Source: Clostridia bacterium
GTDB taxonomy: Bacteria > Bacillota > Clostridia > TANB77 > CAG-508
Length of the DNA stretch: 64,000 nt
Reading direction: 5' to 3'
NCBI GenBank assembly: GCA_022792135.1
Contig: JAAWAM010000029.1
Location: 117,448 to 181,447, forward strand
The notes under the pieces are model-generated. The model saw nothing but the letters and a program-made list of their open reading frames with translations. It was not told the DNA's origin and did no database searches. Of the stretch, positions 1 through 10,226 are shown one piece after another; within the stretch, counting starts at the first letter, position 1, and every line of letters starts with the position of its first letter. A program made the translations under genes and the position numbers.

Positions 1-663
1 TCTCGATATAAAATATCGTCAATCGCATTTTGAATTGCCATAAAAACCTTTGGAGAAGTTAATTTAGCAAATTTTATTTTAAAATTATCATTACTATTTA
101 AAGTACTCTCAAATAAAATATCTTCTCCTGTAATATAAGCCATTTGATTTACAAGACAACATTCTAAAGGATAATAAGAAGGACTAATGGTTTCAAAACT
201 AATTCCAAAATATTTTACATATTCTTTTGGGATACCATTAATTTTGGAAGCCATTAATTGAACAGCTGCTTCATTTAATCCTAGACCATATATTTTAAAT
301 TCTGTGTAATCACAAAGTCCCATTCGAATTAAGTAATTTTTTTTATCTTTTACCTCTTGAAGATAGTGAATACACTCATGCACAGCAAATTCTTCTAAAT
401 CTTCATCTTGAATATGTTCATTAAAATAAATAGAAGAATTTTTATAAAAATAGTTAGCCTCTGCCATTCCGATCTGGCATTTTAGCTTTATACATATTTA
501 GTCTAGATAATTTAATAAATAATTCGTTTTGATTTAGAGCATATTTAGGAAAAGTGTTACAAATTCCAAGAGAAATATTCCTTGCCATAGAATTAATTTG
601 TAAAGTATGTAATTTTTCTGTCATTTCAATTCCGTCCTTTTTTAAATCTGATTCTACACTCAT
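1..663 (-). CDS. ImmA/IrrE-like HExxH zinc metallopeptidase; the 3' end lies outside the window; the frame is broken at in-frame CGG (469..471)
   Basis: Track ORF 454..663 ends ...KAKMPDR NGRG*. The +1 frame continues open to position 1 as (G)MAEANYFYKNSSIYFNEHIQDEDLEEFAVHECIHYLQEVKD... HECIH is an HExxH motif, in the position typical of ImmA-type peptidases. Confidence 0.6.
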
Positions 664-786
664 TTATAAATCTCCTTGTATACAATTTAACAATATTATA
701 CTATAAATGAGAAATAAATATATTTCAGAAATATTAAATCTTAGTTACAGTTTAATGACAAAGAAAACAGATAACAATAAAAATTC

Positions 787-815
787 TTGACATACTTATA
801 ATAGCAATATATAAT
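787..815 (+). promoter_or_regulatory. sigma-A type promoter (TTGACA, 17 nt spacer, TATAAT) upstream of ORF 868..1212
   Basis: ttgaca at 787..792, a 17-nt spacer, then tataat at 810..815. Confidence 0.6.
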
Positions 816-867
816 ATGGATACGATTTGAAAAAATCAAAAAATAAAGAGAGAAAGGAGGGAAAGAA

Positions 868-1212
868 ATGGAGAAGATAGATAGAGATGATATCTTGCTA
901 AAGATCTATGAAGGACAAAAGAAAATGCAAAATCAAATAGAAGAAATACAAGAGAAAATAAGTGTAATTCCAGAAATACAAGAGAAAATAAGTGTAATTC
1001 CAGAAATGCAAAAAGAAATACGAAAGATAAGCAAAACAGTGGCTAAAATTGAAGTAGAACACGGAGAAAAACTACAAGCTTTATTTGATGCTTTTACAAT
1101 GCACTCAGAAAAATTAAAAACACATGAAAAAAGAATGAATATTTTTGACAGAAAATTAGAAAAACACAATGACGAAATTTATTATTTAAAATCAAAAGTT
1201 CGAGGTTTATAA
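868..1212 (+). CDS. hypothetical coiled-coil protein (114 aa) with an internal 10-aa tandem repeat
   Basis: The RBS aaaggaggg precedes the ATG. The sequence is heptad-like and charged. EIQEKISVIP is duplicated. Confidence 0.55.
   Translation: MEKIDRDDILLKIYEGQKKMQNQIEEIQEKISVIPEIQEKISVIPEMQKEIRKISKTVAKIEVEHGEKLQALFDAFTMHSEKLKTHEKRMNIFDRKLEKHNDEIYYLKSKVRGL
943..1010 (+). repeat. 30-bp in-frame tandem duplication (2 full copies plus a diverged partial third)
   Basis: gaaatacaagagaaaataagtgtaattcca occurs at 943..972 and 973..1002, followed by gaaatgca... Confidence 0.9.
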
Positions 1213-1258
1213 AAGCCTATTAGAACATAGAAAATCTAAATTCCAATAGGCTTTTATA
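1211..1258. terminator. bidirectional hairpin between the convergent genes 868..1212 and leuS
   Basis: aaaagcctatt (1211..1221) pairs with aataggctttt (1245..1255), with A/T runs on both sides. The loop is long (23 nt). Confidence 0.5.
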
Positions 1259-3649
1259 TTATTTCAAGACAATATTGTAAATTTTATTTTTTACATAAAT
1301 TTCTTTCACAATGGTTTTACCTTCTAGTTTAGAACCAATCGCTATATGTACTTTTTCCTTAATTGAACTTTCTTCTTCATCTAAATGAATTGAAATCGTA
1401 GCTTTCAATTTTCCATTAAATTGAATTGGTAAAGTAATCGTATCTTCCATTGTTTTAGTCTCATCATATTCAGGCCATTTTTCGTAAGAAATCGTATCGA
1501 TATGTCCTAAAATATTCCATAGTTCTTCTGTAATATGAGGCGCTACAGGATTTAATAGTTTTAGAAAACCTTCTGCATATTCTTTTGGAAAGATGGATTC
1601 TTTATTTACATGATTGACAAAAATCATCATTTGAGAAATTGCAGTATTAAAGTTTAGTGTTTCATAATCATTCGTTACTTTCTTAACAGTATAATGATAA
1701 ACTCTTTCCAAATTTTTATTTGGTTTATCTATAATTTTTTCAGACTCTGTATATAGCCTCCAAACGCGATCTAGGAACTTTTTAGAGCCATCAATACCAT
1801 TAGGATCCCAAGGCTTACTACTTTCAATTGGTCCCATAAACATCTCATAAACTCTTAAGCTATCTGCCCCATATTGTTTTACCATATCATCAGGATTGAT
1901 AACATTTCCTTTTGATTTACTCATTTTTTCACCATTTGTACCTAAAATCATACCCTGATGGCGTAATTTATAAAAAGGTTCTTTTACGGGAACATAACCT
2001 TTGTGATACAAATAGTGATTCCAAAATCTTGAATATAGTAAATGTCCAACAGCATGTTCTGGACCACCCATATATAAATCAACTGGCATCCAATATTCTA
2101 GTAACTTTTTATTAGCAAATTCATCGTTATTTTTAGGATCGATATAACGTAAAAAGTACCAACTAGAACCAGCACTACCTGGCATAGTACTTGTTTCTCT
2201 TCTAGAAGGTTTTCCTTCATAAGTAGTATTTACCCAATCATCTGCTTTATCTAACGGAGAATTTCCTGATTTTGAAGGAGCATAGTCTTCTAACTCTGGT
2301 AAAACAAGAGGTAAGTCAGTATCTGCTAAAGCTTTCATTTCGTCATCTAAATAAACGATGGGAATCGGTTCTCCCCAATAGCGTTGTCTTGCGAAAATCC
2401 ACTCACGAAGTTTATAATTTACTTTCTTACTACCAATTTTCTTTTCTTCTAGCCATTGTATCATTTTAGAAATAGCATCTTCCTTATTTAAGCCATCTAA
2501 GAAACTAGAATTAATATGTACACCATCGCCAACAAAAGCTTCTTTGGTAATGTCTCCACCTTCTAAAACAGGAATGATGGAAAGTTTAAATTTAGTGGCA
2601 AATTCATAATCCCTTTGGTCATGGGCAGGAACTGCCATAATACATCCTGTTCCGTAAGTTGCTAGGACATAGTCTGAAATCCAAATCGGAATTTCTTTAC
2701 CAGTTACAGGATTAATTGCATAACTTCCTGTAAATACACCTGTTTTTTCTTTGTTTAATTCGGTTCTTTCTAAATCAGATTTAGAAGCAGCTAATTTCTT
2801 ATATTCTTCTACTGCCGTTTTTTGTTCAGAAGTTGTGATATGATTGATTAAATCTAGTTCAGGAGCTAAAACACAATAAGTTGCTCCAAATAAAGTATCT
2901 GGTCTTGTTGTAAACACAGTAAAATGTAAATCTTTAAAACCAGCTACTTGAAAAGTAACTTCGGCACCTTCTGATTTACCAATCCAATTTCTTTGGATTT
3001 CTTTGGTTGACTCTGGCCAGTCAATATCTTCTAATCCATCTAATAAAATATCAGCATATTTAGGAATATCTAACACCCATTGTTTCATATTTTTACGAAC
3101 AACAGGGAAACCACCTCTTTCACTTTTTCCATTAATGATTTCATCATTGGACAAAACACATCCTAATTCTTCACACCAGTTAACAGGCATTTCTACTAAT
3201 TTTGCTAAACCATCTTCGTATAATTGCTTAAAAATCCATTGTGTCCATTTGTAATAATTAGGATCGCAAGTAGAAATTTCTTTGTCCCAATCAAAAGAAA
3301 GACCTAACATTTTTAATTGTTTTTTAAAGGTTTCAATATTTTGTTTTGTAAAGCCAGCTGGATGATTTCCTGTTTTGATAGCATATTGCTCTGCTGGAAG
3401 ACCAAAAGCATCCCATCCCATGGGATGTAAAACATTATAACCTTGCATCCTTTTCATTCTAGATACAATATCGGTTGCCGTATAGCCTTCTGGATGCCCA
3501 ACATGAAGGCCTTGACCAGATGGATAAGGAAACATATCCAAAGCATAAAATTTAGGTTTTGAGAAATCCCAAACATCTGTAAAGAAAGTATGATGATTTT
3601 CCCAAAAATCTTGCCATTTTTTTTCTATCTTATTAAAATGATAATCCAT
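1259..3649 (-). CDS. leuS: leucyl-tRNA synthetase
   Basis: 796 aa. It has the class I HIGH-type motif (HVGHPEGY), KMSKS (KMSKSKGN) and a CP1 editing insertion. The length is typical of bacterial LeuS. Confidence 0.97.
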   Translation of the reverse strand: MDYHFNKIEKKWQDFWENHHTFFTDVWDFSKPKFYALDMFPYPSGQGLHVGHPEGYTATDIVSRMKRMQGYNVLHPMGWDAFGLPAEQYAIKTGNHPAGFTKQNIETFKKQLKMLGLSFDWDKEISTCDPNYYKWTQWIFKQLYEDGLAKLVEMPVNWCEELGCVLSNDEIINGKSERGGFPVVRKNMKQWVLDIPKYADILLDGLEDIDWPESTKEIQRNWIGKSEGAEVTFQVAGFKDLHFTVFTTRPDTLFGATYCVLAPELDLINHITTSEQKTAVEEYKKLAASKSDLERTELNKEKTGVFTGSYAINPVTGKEIPIWISDYVLATYGTGCIMAVPAHDQRDYEFATKFKLSIIPVLEGGDITKEAFVGDGVHINSSFLDGLNKEDAISKMIQWLEEKKIGSKKVNYKLREWIFARQRYWGEPIPIVYLDDEMKALADTDLPLVLPELEDYAPSKSGNSPLDKADDWVNTTYEGKPSRRETSTMPGSAGSSWYFLRYIDPKNNDEFANKKLLEYWMPVDLYMGGPEHAVGHLLYSRFWNHYLYHKGYVPVKEPFYKLRHQGMILGTNGEKMSKSKGNVINPDDMVKQYGADSLRVYEMFMGPIESSKPWDPNGIDGSKKFLDRVWRLYTESEKIIDKPNKNLERVYHYTVKKVTNDYETLNFNTAISQMMIFVNHVNKESIFPKEYAEGFLKLLNPVAPHITEELWNILGHIDTISYEKWPEYDETKTMEDTITLPIQFNGKLKATISIHLDEEESSIKEKVHIAIGSKLEGKTIVKEIYVKNKIYNIVLK

Positions 3650-3689
3650 AATAAAACTCCTTTCAAAATTAGTTTGTTAAATTGCTTGC

Positions 3690-3718
3690 ATTATATAACA
3701 AACCACATTAAAATTCAA
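3690..3718 (-). promoter_or_regulatory. leuS promoter (TTGAAT, 17 nt spacer, TATAAT), leaving a leader of only about 35 nt
   Basis: Read on the minus strand: ttgaat at 3718..3713, a 17-nt spacer, tataat at 3695..3690. Confidence 0.55.
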
Positions 3719-3801
3719 GTAAAAATGTATTTTTCCTAAGGAGACATGGTTTTGCTTGCATTCAGAAATGAAAAATGATACAATCCAAAAGAGGTGAAAA
3801 A

Positions 3802-4573
3802 ATGATAGATATCATAAAAGCGAAAGAAACATTTAAAAACTATGTCAAAAATTATAATCCAGAAGATAAAAAAATCAAACTAAAAATTTCTCATATTCAA
3901 AGGACATCTCGGGATAGCAAAACAAATAGCAGAAAATTTAAAGCTAACAGAAGAAGAGATACGATTAGCAGAATTAATAGGATTATTGCATGATATAGGA
4001 AGATTTGAACAAATAAAAAGATATCATACTTTTTCCGATAAAAATAGCGTGAATCATGGAGAATATGGAGTTAAAATTTTATTTGAAAAAGGAATGATTA
4101 GAAATTTTATAAAAGAATCTAAATATGATGAAATCATAAGAAAAGCAATACTCAACCATAATCGAAACAAAATAGAAGAAGGTCTAACAAAAAAAGAGTT
4201 GTTACACAGCAAAATCATCAGAGATGCAGACAAAGTAGATATATTTTATATCTTGACATTTGATGAAATAAAAACAATATACGAAACAAATTGTTTAGAA
4301 GAAGAAATAATCACAGATGAGATTTACCATGAATTTGTAGAAGAAAGAAAAATTGATTATAGCAAAATAAAAACAGCGGCAGACAGTATAATAGCTCATT
4401 TTGCTTATGTATTTGATTTTTATTTTGAGAATAGTTTAGGATATGTTTATGAAAATAATTATTTAGAGAAATTATACAAAAGAGTCACATTTAAAGACCC
4501 GAAAACTTTGGAACGATATCAGAATGCCTATAAAATAGCCAAACAATATGTAGAAAAAAGATTGAACCAATAA
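3802..4573 (+). CDS. HD-domain phosphohydrolase; the frame is broken at in-frame CGG (3910..3912)
   Basis: The RBS agaggtg lies before ATG 3802. Track ORFs 3775..3993 and 3986..4573 join if C3910 is skipped, giving ...KISHIQRTS-GIAKQIAENLKLTEEEIRLAELIGLLHDIGRFEQ... with the HD motif LLHDIGR. Confidence 0.75.
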
Positions 4574-4586
4574 AGGATGATAAAAA

Positions 4587-6569
4587 TTGAGCAAAAAATT
4601 ATTAATTACAGAAAAACCATCTGTAGCCATGGAATTTGCAAAAGCACTAAAAATTACAACGAACCGAAAAAATGGATACCTAGAATCTGAAAATTGGATT
4701 ATTACTTGGTGTGTAGGACATTTAGTAACCATGAGTTATCCAGAAAAGTATGATGAAAAACTAAAAATTTGGAGACTAGAAACCTTACCATTTATTCCAG
4801 AAGAATGGAAATACGAAATTATTCCCCAAGTAGAAAATCAATTTAAAGTTGTACAAGATTTAATGCAAAGACAAGATATTGAAGAAATTTACAATGCAGG
4901 AGACTCTGGACGAGAAGGAGAATATATACAAAGATTAGTTTTTATGATGGCAAAGCCAAATCCAAAAGCAAAAATGAAAAGAGTGTGGATAGATTCACAA
5001 ACACAAGAAGAAATTTTAAGAGGAATTCGAGAAGCAAAAGACCTATCAGAATATGATAGTTTATCAGATAGTGCTTATTTAAGAGCAAAGGAAGATTATT
5101 TAATCGGAATTAACTTTTCAAGATTGTTATCCATTATCTATGGAAGAACCTTAGCAAGCCAAATTAAAGAAGAAAGAGCTTCGATATCAGTAGGAAGGGT
5201 GATGACTTGTGTACTTGGTATGATTGTTTCCAGAGAAAGGGAGATTCGAAACTTCGTAAAAACAAAATACTATAAAATCATGGGTGAATTTGGAGATGAG
5301 GAAGCATCTTTTAAAGCAGAATGGAAAGTAAACGAAAAATCTAAAATGTTTGAATCTCCTAAGCTATACAATGAGTCAGGATTTAAAAAGGAAGAAACAG
5401 CAAAGCAACTAATCAGTAGCCTACAAGGAAAAAAGGCAAAAATAGCAAGTTTAAAAAAATCAAAACAGAAAGAAAATGCGCCACTACTATTTAACTTAGC
5501 AGAAATACAAAATCAATGCACAAAGCGATTTAAAATTAAGCCAGACGAAACACTAGAAATCATACAAAATCTGTATGAAAAGAAGTTAGTAACCTATCCA
5601 AGAACAGATGCAAGGGTTTTATCGACAGCTGTAGCAAAAGAAATTAGCAAAAATTTAAATGGGATTGCAAGAGGATTTAAAGATGAAGAAGTACAAGGAT
5701 ACATCAAAAAAATGGTGGAAGAAAAGTATTCTACAAATCTAATAAAAACAAAGTATGTAAATGACAGCAAAATAACAGACCATTATGCAATTATTCCAAC
5801 TGGGCAAGGATATGAAAATTATAATAGCTTACCAAACTTGCAAAAACAAATCTATAAAGTTATTGTAACAAGATTTTTGGCTATTTTCTATCCACCAGCG
5901 GAATATAATAAAATTCAAGTAACCGTAGAGATAGAAGACCAAGAAAACAAAACCATAGAAATGTTTCATGCAAGTGGAAAAGTATGTATGAAACAAGGAT
6001 TTTTAGAAATTTTAAAACCAAATGATAAAAATACAAGCAAACCATCCACAGAAAATGAAAAAGATGTGGAAAACAAAAAACAAAAAGAAGAAAAACAAGC
6101 AAACTTAGAAATACTAAAAAATTTAAAAAAAGGGCAAGAAATAACAATTAAAAACTTTGAATTAAAAGAAGCAGAAACTTCTCCACCCACAAGATATAAC
6201 TCAGGTTCTATCATTTTAGCAATGGAGAATGCGGGAAAATTAATCGAAGAGGAAGAACTAAGAGAACAAATCAAAGGAGCAGGAATTGGGACCAGTGCAA
6301 CAAGAGCTGAGATTATGAAAAAATTAGAAAGAATAAAATATATTGAAATCAACAGCAAAACACAAATGATTACTCCCACTTTAAAAGGAGAAACCATTTA
6401 TGATATCATATTTCATTCCATGCCAGATATGTTAAATCCAAAACTAACTGCAAGTTGGGAAAAAGGATTAGACATGGTAGCAAAGAAAGAAATTAAACCA
6501 AATGAATTTATGGAAAAATTGGAAAAGTATATTCATTCCAAATTTGATAAATTAGTAATAAAGATGTAA
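4587..6569 (+). CDS. topB: type IA DNA topoisomerase, Topo III-like
   Basis: 660 aa with a TTG start. It has a Toprim N-terminus (LLITEKPS, WCVGHL) and the catalytic Tyr context VTYPRTDARVLS. There are no C-terminal zinc-ribbon repeats. Confidence 0.8.
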   Translation: MSKKLLITEKPSVAMEFAKALKITTNRKNGYLESENWIITWCVGHLVTMSYPEKYDEKLKIWRLETLPFIPEEWKYEIIPQVENQFKVVQDLMQRQDIEEIYNAGDSGREGEYIQRLVFMMAKPNPKAKMKRVWIDSQTQEEILRGIREAKDLSEYDSLSDSAYLRAKEDYLIGINFSRLLSIIYGRTLASQIKEERASISVGRVMTCVLGMIVSREREIRNFVKTKYYKIMGEFGDEEASFKAEWKVNEKSKMFESPKLYNESGFKKEETAKQLISSLQGKKAKIASLKKSKQKENAPLLFNLAEIQNQCTKRFKIKPDETLEIIQNLYEKKLVTYPRTDARVLSTAVAKEISKNLNGIARGFKDEEVQGYIKKMVEEKYSTNLIKTKYVNDSKITDHYAIIPTGQGYENYNSLPNLQKQIYKVIVTRFLAIFYPPAEYNKIQVTVEIEDQENKTIEMFHASGKVCMKQGFLEILKPNDKNTSKPSTENEKDVENKKQKEEKQANLEILKNLKKGQEITIKNFELKEAETSPPTRYNSGSIILAMENAGKLIEEEELREQIKGAGIGTSATRAEIMKKLERIKYIEINSKTQMITPTLKGETIYDIIFHSMPDMLNPKLTASWEKGLDMVAKKEIKPNEFMEKLEKYIHSKFDKLVIKM

Positions 6570-6591
6570 AAAAGGAAACTAGGAGAAACTT

Positions 6592-9500
6592 ATGAATACA
6601 ATCTTAGGAGAATTTGGAAGAAATCCAAAGTTTATAGAACTGCAAAACAAAATAAAAAATAAACAAAGTCCGATTGCAATATCGGGCTTAAATGACTTAG
6701 GGATGATACAAATTGGAACAGCGCTCCATGAATTTGGAAAGCAACCAATCTGTATCCTAACTTATAATGAAATCCAAGCCCAAAAGTTATATGAAGATAT
6801 CCGATATTTTACGGACAAAGTCGTGTTCTTTCCGAAAAAGGAAATCGTAACTTATGATTATATGGCAGAAAGCAAGGATTTACCATATCAAAGAATTGAA
6901 GCTTTAAATGAAATTTACACAAAAAAGAATTTAATAGTAGTTACGACCATAGAAGCAGCTATGCAAAAATTACCAGAACCAAAATCCCTTTACCAAAACC
7001 AATTGAAACTTAAATTAGGAGAAAGTTATCCATTAGAAGAAATCAAAAAAAGGTTAGTAGCACTTGGATATAGTAGATGTGATTTAATCGAAGGAAGAGG
7101 TCAATTTAGTGTAAGAGGTGGAATCATAGATATTGCTGTTAATGACAAAACAGGAATTAGAATTGAGTTTTGGGGAGACGAAGTAGATTCTATTCGAGAT
7201 TTCAGTATTACAAGCCAAAGGTCAATCAATACCAAAGAAACAGCCATCCTTTATCCAGCCCACGAATATATTTTAGAAGAAGAAATAGAAACAATTTGTA
7301 AAAAAATAAAAGAAAGAAATTCAAATCTTTCTAATCAAGAAATAATAGAAGAAGATATCGAACAAATCAAAGCAGGAAATTATATTAGTAAAATAGATAA
7401 ATATTTTAATTGTTTTTATGAAAAACAAGCGACAATATTAGATTATTTAAACAAAGATTATTATCTGTTTTTAGATGAGATTGGAAAGATAAAGCAAAGA
7501 GAAAAAAATATTAAAACAGACCATACAAATTTAGAAAAGGCTTTAATGGAAAAGGGGAAGGTAGTACCAGAAGCCATTCTAAATATGGCAAGTTTTGACC
7601 CAATAGAGGAAAAATTAGAAAAAAGACCATTGGTTTATATCCAAAAGCAAGACTCAGAAGCAAAAGTAGAAGCGGAAAAATACAAATTTAATTATCGTGA
7701 AGTCAATTATTATAAAAGTGAAGTAGAAACATTATTTAGCGATTTAGAAAAAGCAATCAAAGAAAAGAAAAAGATTTATGTATTAGTGGAAACCAAAGAA
7801 AAAGCAAAAAAACTAAAAAAGATATTAGATGAAAAAGAAATTCTTTGTAAAATAGAAGAAAAGCTAAACCATACCATCATAGTAACTTCGAATCAAAGCA
7901 TTGTAACGATTTCCATTGGAAAATTATCTTCAGGATTCGAAAGTTATGAGTTAAACCAAATTATTATTACAGCAGATGACCTAATTAGTGGAGAAAAGAG
8001 AAAAAGAAGAATTACAAATGCAGACTTTAAAGAAGGAGAAAAGGTTGTATTTTCTGACCTAAAAGTAGGAGATTATGTTGTACACAAAAAATATGGAATT
8101 GGTATTTATATAGGGGTCAATACTATCAAAGCAGATAACACCATCAAAGATTACATTAAAATTAAATATAAAAATGATGACATTCTATACATCCCAACGA
8201 GTGATTTAGATTCCATTCGAAAATATGTTGGCGGAGATAGTATACAGCCTAAAATAAATCGATTAGGAAGTAAAGAATGGGAAAATACCAAAGCAAAGGT
8301 AAAGAAAAATCTAAGAGAAGTAGCAAGAGAATTAATTGAATTATATGCTAAACGAGAAAAAGCGCAAGGATATAGTTTTGGTAAAGATACGCCATGGCAA
8401 AACGAATTTGAAGGAAAGTTTCCATATCAAGAGACAGAAGATCAATTAAGATGTATCGAAGAAGTAAAAAAAGATATGGAGAGTCCAAAACCAATGGATC
8501 GATTACTTTGTGGAGATGTTGGATATGGGAAGACAGAAGTAGCCATTCGTGCCGCTTTCAAAGCGGCAGTAGAAGGAAAGCAAGTTGCTTATTTAGCACC
8601 AACTACTGTTTTAGCAGACCAACAATACCAAGAGTTCAAGGAGAGAATGAAAGATTATCCCATTACCGTAGAAATCCTAAACCGATTTAAAAGCAAGAAA
8701 TATCAAGATGAAGTCATTAAGAAGTTAAAATTAGGAGAAGTAGATATTGTTGTTGGAACCCATAGAATCTTAAGCAAAGATGTAGAATTTAAAAATTTGG
8801 GATTATTAATTATAGATGAAGAGCATCGATTTGGTGTAAAAGATAAAGAAAAAATGAAACATTTAAAAAACAATGTAGATGTTTTAACCATGACAGCAAC
8901 TCCAATTCCAAGAACCATGCATATGTCAATTGTAGGAATTCGCGATATGTCAGTCATTTATGAACCACCACATAATAGAAGACCAGTTCAAACTTATGTA
9001 TTAGAATATGATACAGAGGTTATTCGAGAAGCTATTACAAAAGAACTAGAAAGAAATGGGCAAGTATTTTATTTATTTAATCATGTAGAAGGAATTGCCA
9101 GAAAAGCAGAGCAAATTTCAGAATTAATACCAGAAGCAAATGTAGTTTATGCACATGGACAGATGACAGGAAGTAGAATCGAAGAAATCATGCAAGAATT
9201 TATGGAAGGAAAAACAAATGTATTAGTTTGTACTACCATACTAGAAACTGGAATTGATATTCCAAATGCCAATACCATCATTGTCGAAAATGCGGATCGA
9301 ATGGGATTAGCACAATTATATCAAATTCGTGGAAGAGTAGGAAGAGCAGATAAGCAAGCTTATGCCTATATTACCTATAAAAGAGATAAGTTATTATCAG
9401 AAGTAGCAGATAAAAGACTAAAAGCGATTAAAGAATTTACGGAATTTGGCTCTGGTTTTAAAATAGCCATGAGAGATTTAGAAATCCGTGGAGCAGGAAG

Positions 9501-10071
9501 TTTGTTAGGAGAAATTCAATCTGGTCACTTAGAACAAGTTGGTTATGATACTTATTGTAATTTGCTTGAGGAAGTGGTTAGAGAAATGAAAGGAATGGAA
9601 GTAAGACCAGAAAATGACCTTCAAATTGACCTAAATGTGACTAGTTATATTCCAGATGAATATATTTGTGATGCGAATCAAAAGATTGAAGTCTATCAAA
9701 ATATTGCTTTATGTAAAAACGAAGAAGATATTCAAAATGTAATTGACGAAATCATAGACAGATTTGGCAACATGCCAGAAGAGTTAGAAAATTTACTTGA
9801 CATTGCAAGAATTAAATATTTAGCAAGACAGTTACAGATAGAAAAAATAGCAAGTAAAAAGAAAGCCGTCATCGTCACTTTTGAACCCAATAATGGTGAG
9901 AATAAAAGGGAAATAGATGTACTAGGTTTAGTAAAAAAATATGGGACAAAACTTAAATTTTCAGCTGGAATTAAGCCAATGATAACTTTAGAAGTTAGTA
10001 TGGATAAAGAACGACAGATTTTAAGGGATATCACAGAATTTTTAAAATGGCTAATAGGGACCGGTTCTTGA
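6592..10071 (+). CDS. mfd: transcription-repair coupling factor
   Basis: 1159 aa. It has a CarD/RID-like segment (VGDYVVHKKYGIGIY) and SF2 translocase motifs GDVGYGKTE, DEEHRFG, TATPIPRT and QLYQIRGRVGR. Confidence 0.95.
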   Translation: MNTILGEFGRNPKFIELQNKIKNKQSPIAISGLNDLGMIQIGTALHEFGKQPICILTYNEIQAQKLYEDIRYFTDKVVFFPKKEIVTYDYMAESKDLPYQRIEALNEIYTKKNLIVVTTIEAAMQKLPEPKSLYQNQLKLKLGESYPLEEIKKRLVALGYSRCDLIEGRGQFSVRGGIIDIAVNDKTGIRIEFWGDEVDSIRDFSITSQRSINTKETAILYPAHEYILEEEIETICKKIKERNSNLSNQEIIEEDIEQIKAGNYISKIDKYFNCFYEKQATILDYLNKDYYLFLDEIGKIKQREKNIKTDHTNLEKALMEKGKVVPEAILNMASFDPIEEKLEKRPLVYIQKQDSEAKVEAEKYKFNYREVNYYKSEVETLFSDLEKAIKEKKKIYVLVETKEKAKKLKKILDEKEILCKIEEKLNHTIIVTSNQSIVTISIGKLSSGFESYELNQIIITADDLISGEKRKRRITNADFKEGEKVVFSDLKVGDYVVHKKYGIGIYIGVNTIKADNTIKDYIKIKYKNDDILYIPTSDLDSIRKYVGGDSIQPKINRLGSKEWENTKAKVKKNLREVARELIELYAKREKAQGYSFGKDTPWQNEFEGKFPYQETEDQLRCIEEVKKDMESPKPMDRLLCGDVGYGKTEVAIRAAFKAAVEGKQVAYLAPTTVLADQQYQEFKERMKDYPITVEILNRFKSKKYQDEVIKKLKLGEVDIVVGTHRILSKDVEFKNLGLLIIDEEHRFGVKDKEKMKHLKNNVDVLTMTATPIPRTMHMSIVGIRDMSVIYEPPHNRRPVQTYVLEYDTEVIREAITKELERNGQVFYLFNHVEGIARKAEQISELIPEANVVYAHGQMTGSRIEEIMQEFMEGKTNVLVCTTILETGIDIPNANTIIVENADRMGLAQLYQIRGRVGRADKQAYAYITYKRDKLLSEVADKRLKAIKEFTEFGSGFKIAMRDLEIRGAGSLLGEIQSGHLEQVGYDTYCNLLEEVVREMKGMEVRPENDLQIDLNVTSYIPDEYICDANQKIEVYQNIALCKNEEDIQNVIDEIIDRFGNMPEELENLLDIARIKYLARQLQIEKIASKKKAVIVTFEPNNGENKREIDVLGLVKKYGTKLKFSAGIKPMITLEVSMDKERQILRDITEFLKWLIGTGS

Positions 10072-10104
10072 TGAGCCATTTATGGAAATTTGTGCTATTT
10101 TTAC

Positions 10105-10133
10105 TTGCAAAATTAGGAGTAGTTTAGTATAAT
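10105..10133 (+). promoter_or_regulatory. gyrA promoter (TTGCAA, 17 nt spacer, TATAAT)
   Basis: ttgcaa at 10105..10110, a 17-nt spacer, tataat at 10128..10133. Confidence 0.55.
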
Positions 10134-10226
10134 ACAAAGGTAGAAAATACAAATAAAATAGGGAAATAGATGAAAAAATAACAATGCTTTTCTAATCTAA
10201 AAACCTGTAAGAAAGGACGTTATAAA

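Noticed and set aside
933-1169. Antisense or shadow ORFs of 60-145 aa listed in the track inside larger genes. Examples: 933..1169, 1912..2115, 2272..2469, 3003..3254, 5881..6397, 8451..8957, 9732..10079, 10673..10918, 11789..12115, 12446..12634, 21894..22526, 23109..23456, 26787..27023, 29791..29991, 30436..31100, 33041..33595, 37194..38020, 38535..38744, 41517..41801, 43258..43588, 47693..48263, 49584..49781, 50426..50734, 51552..51767, 52187..53853, 55116..55331, 56367..56759, 57493..57741, 58327..58658, 60200..60547, 61709..61903 and 63512..63781.
   Set aside because: Each lies entirely within, and opposite to or out of frame with, a long ORF that carries clear conserved motifs. They lack RBSs and have the Phe/Leu/Ser/Ile-rich composition typical of the antisense strand of AT-rich, Lys/Glu-rich genes.
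4472-4732. An 86-aa minus-strand ORF spanning the HD-gene / topB junction.
   Set aside because: It overlaps the ends of two well-supported plus-strand genes and their RBS. It has no RBS and is a hydrophobic antisense artefact.
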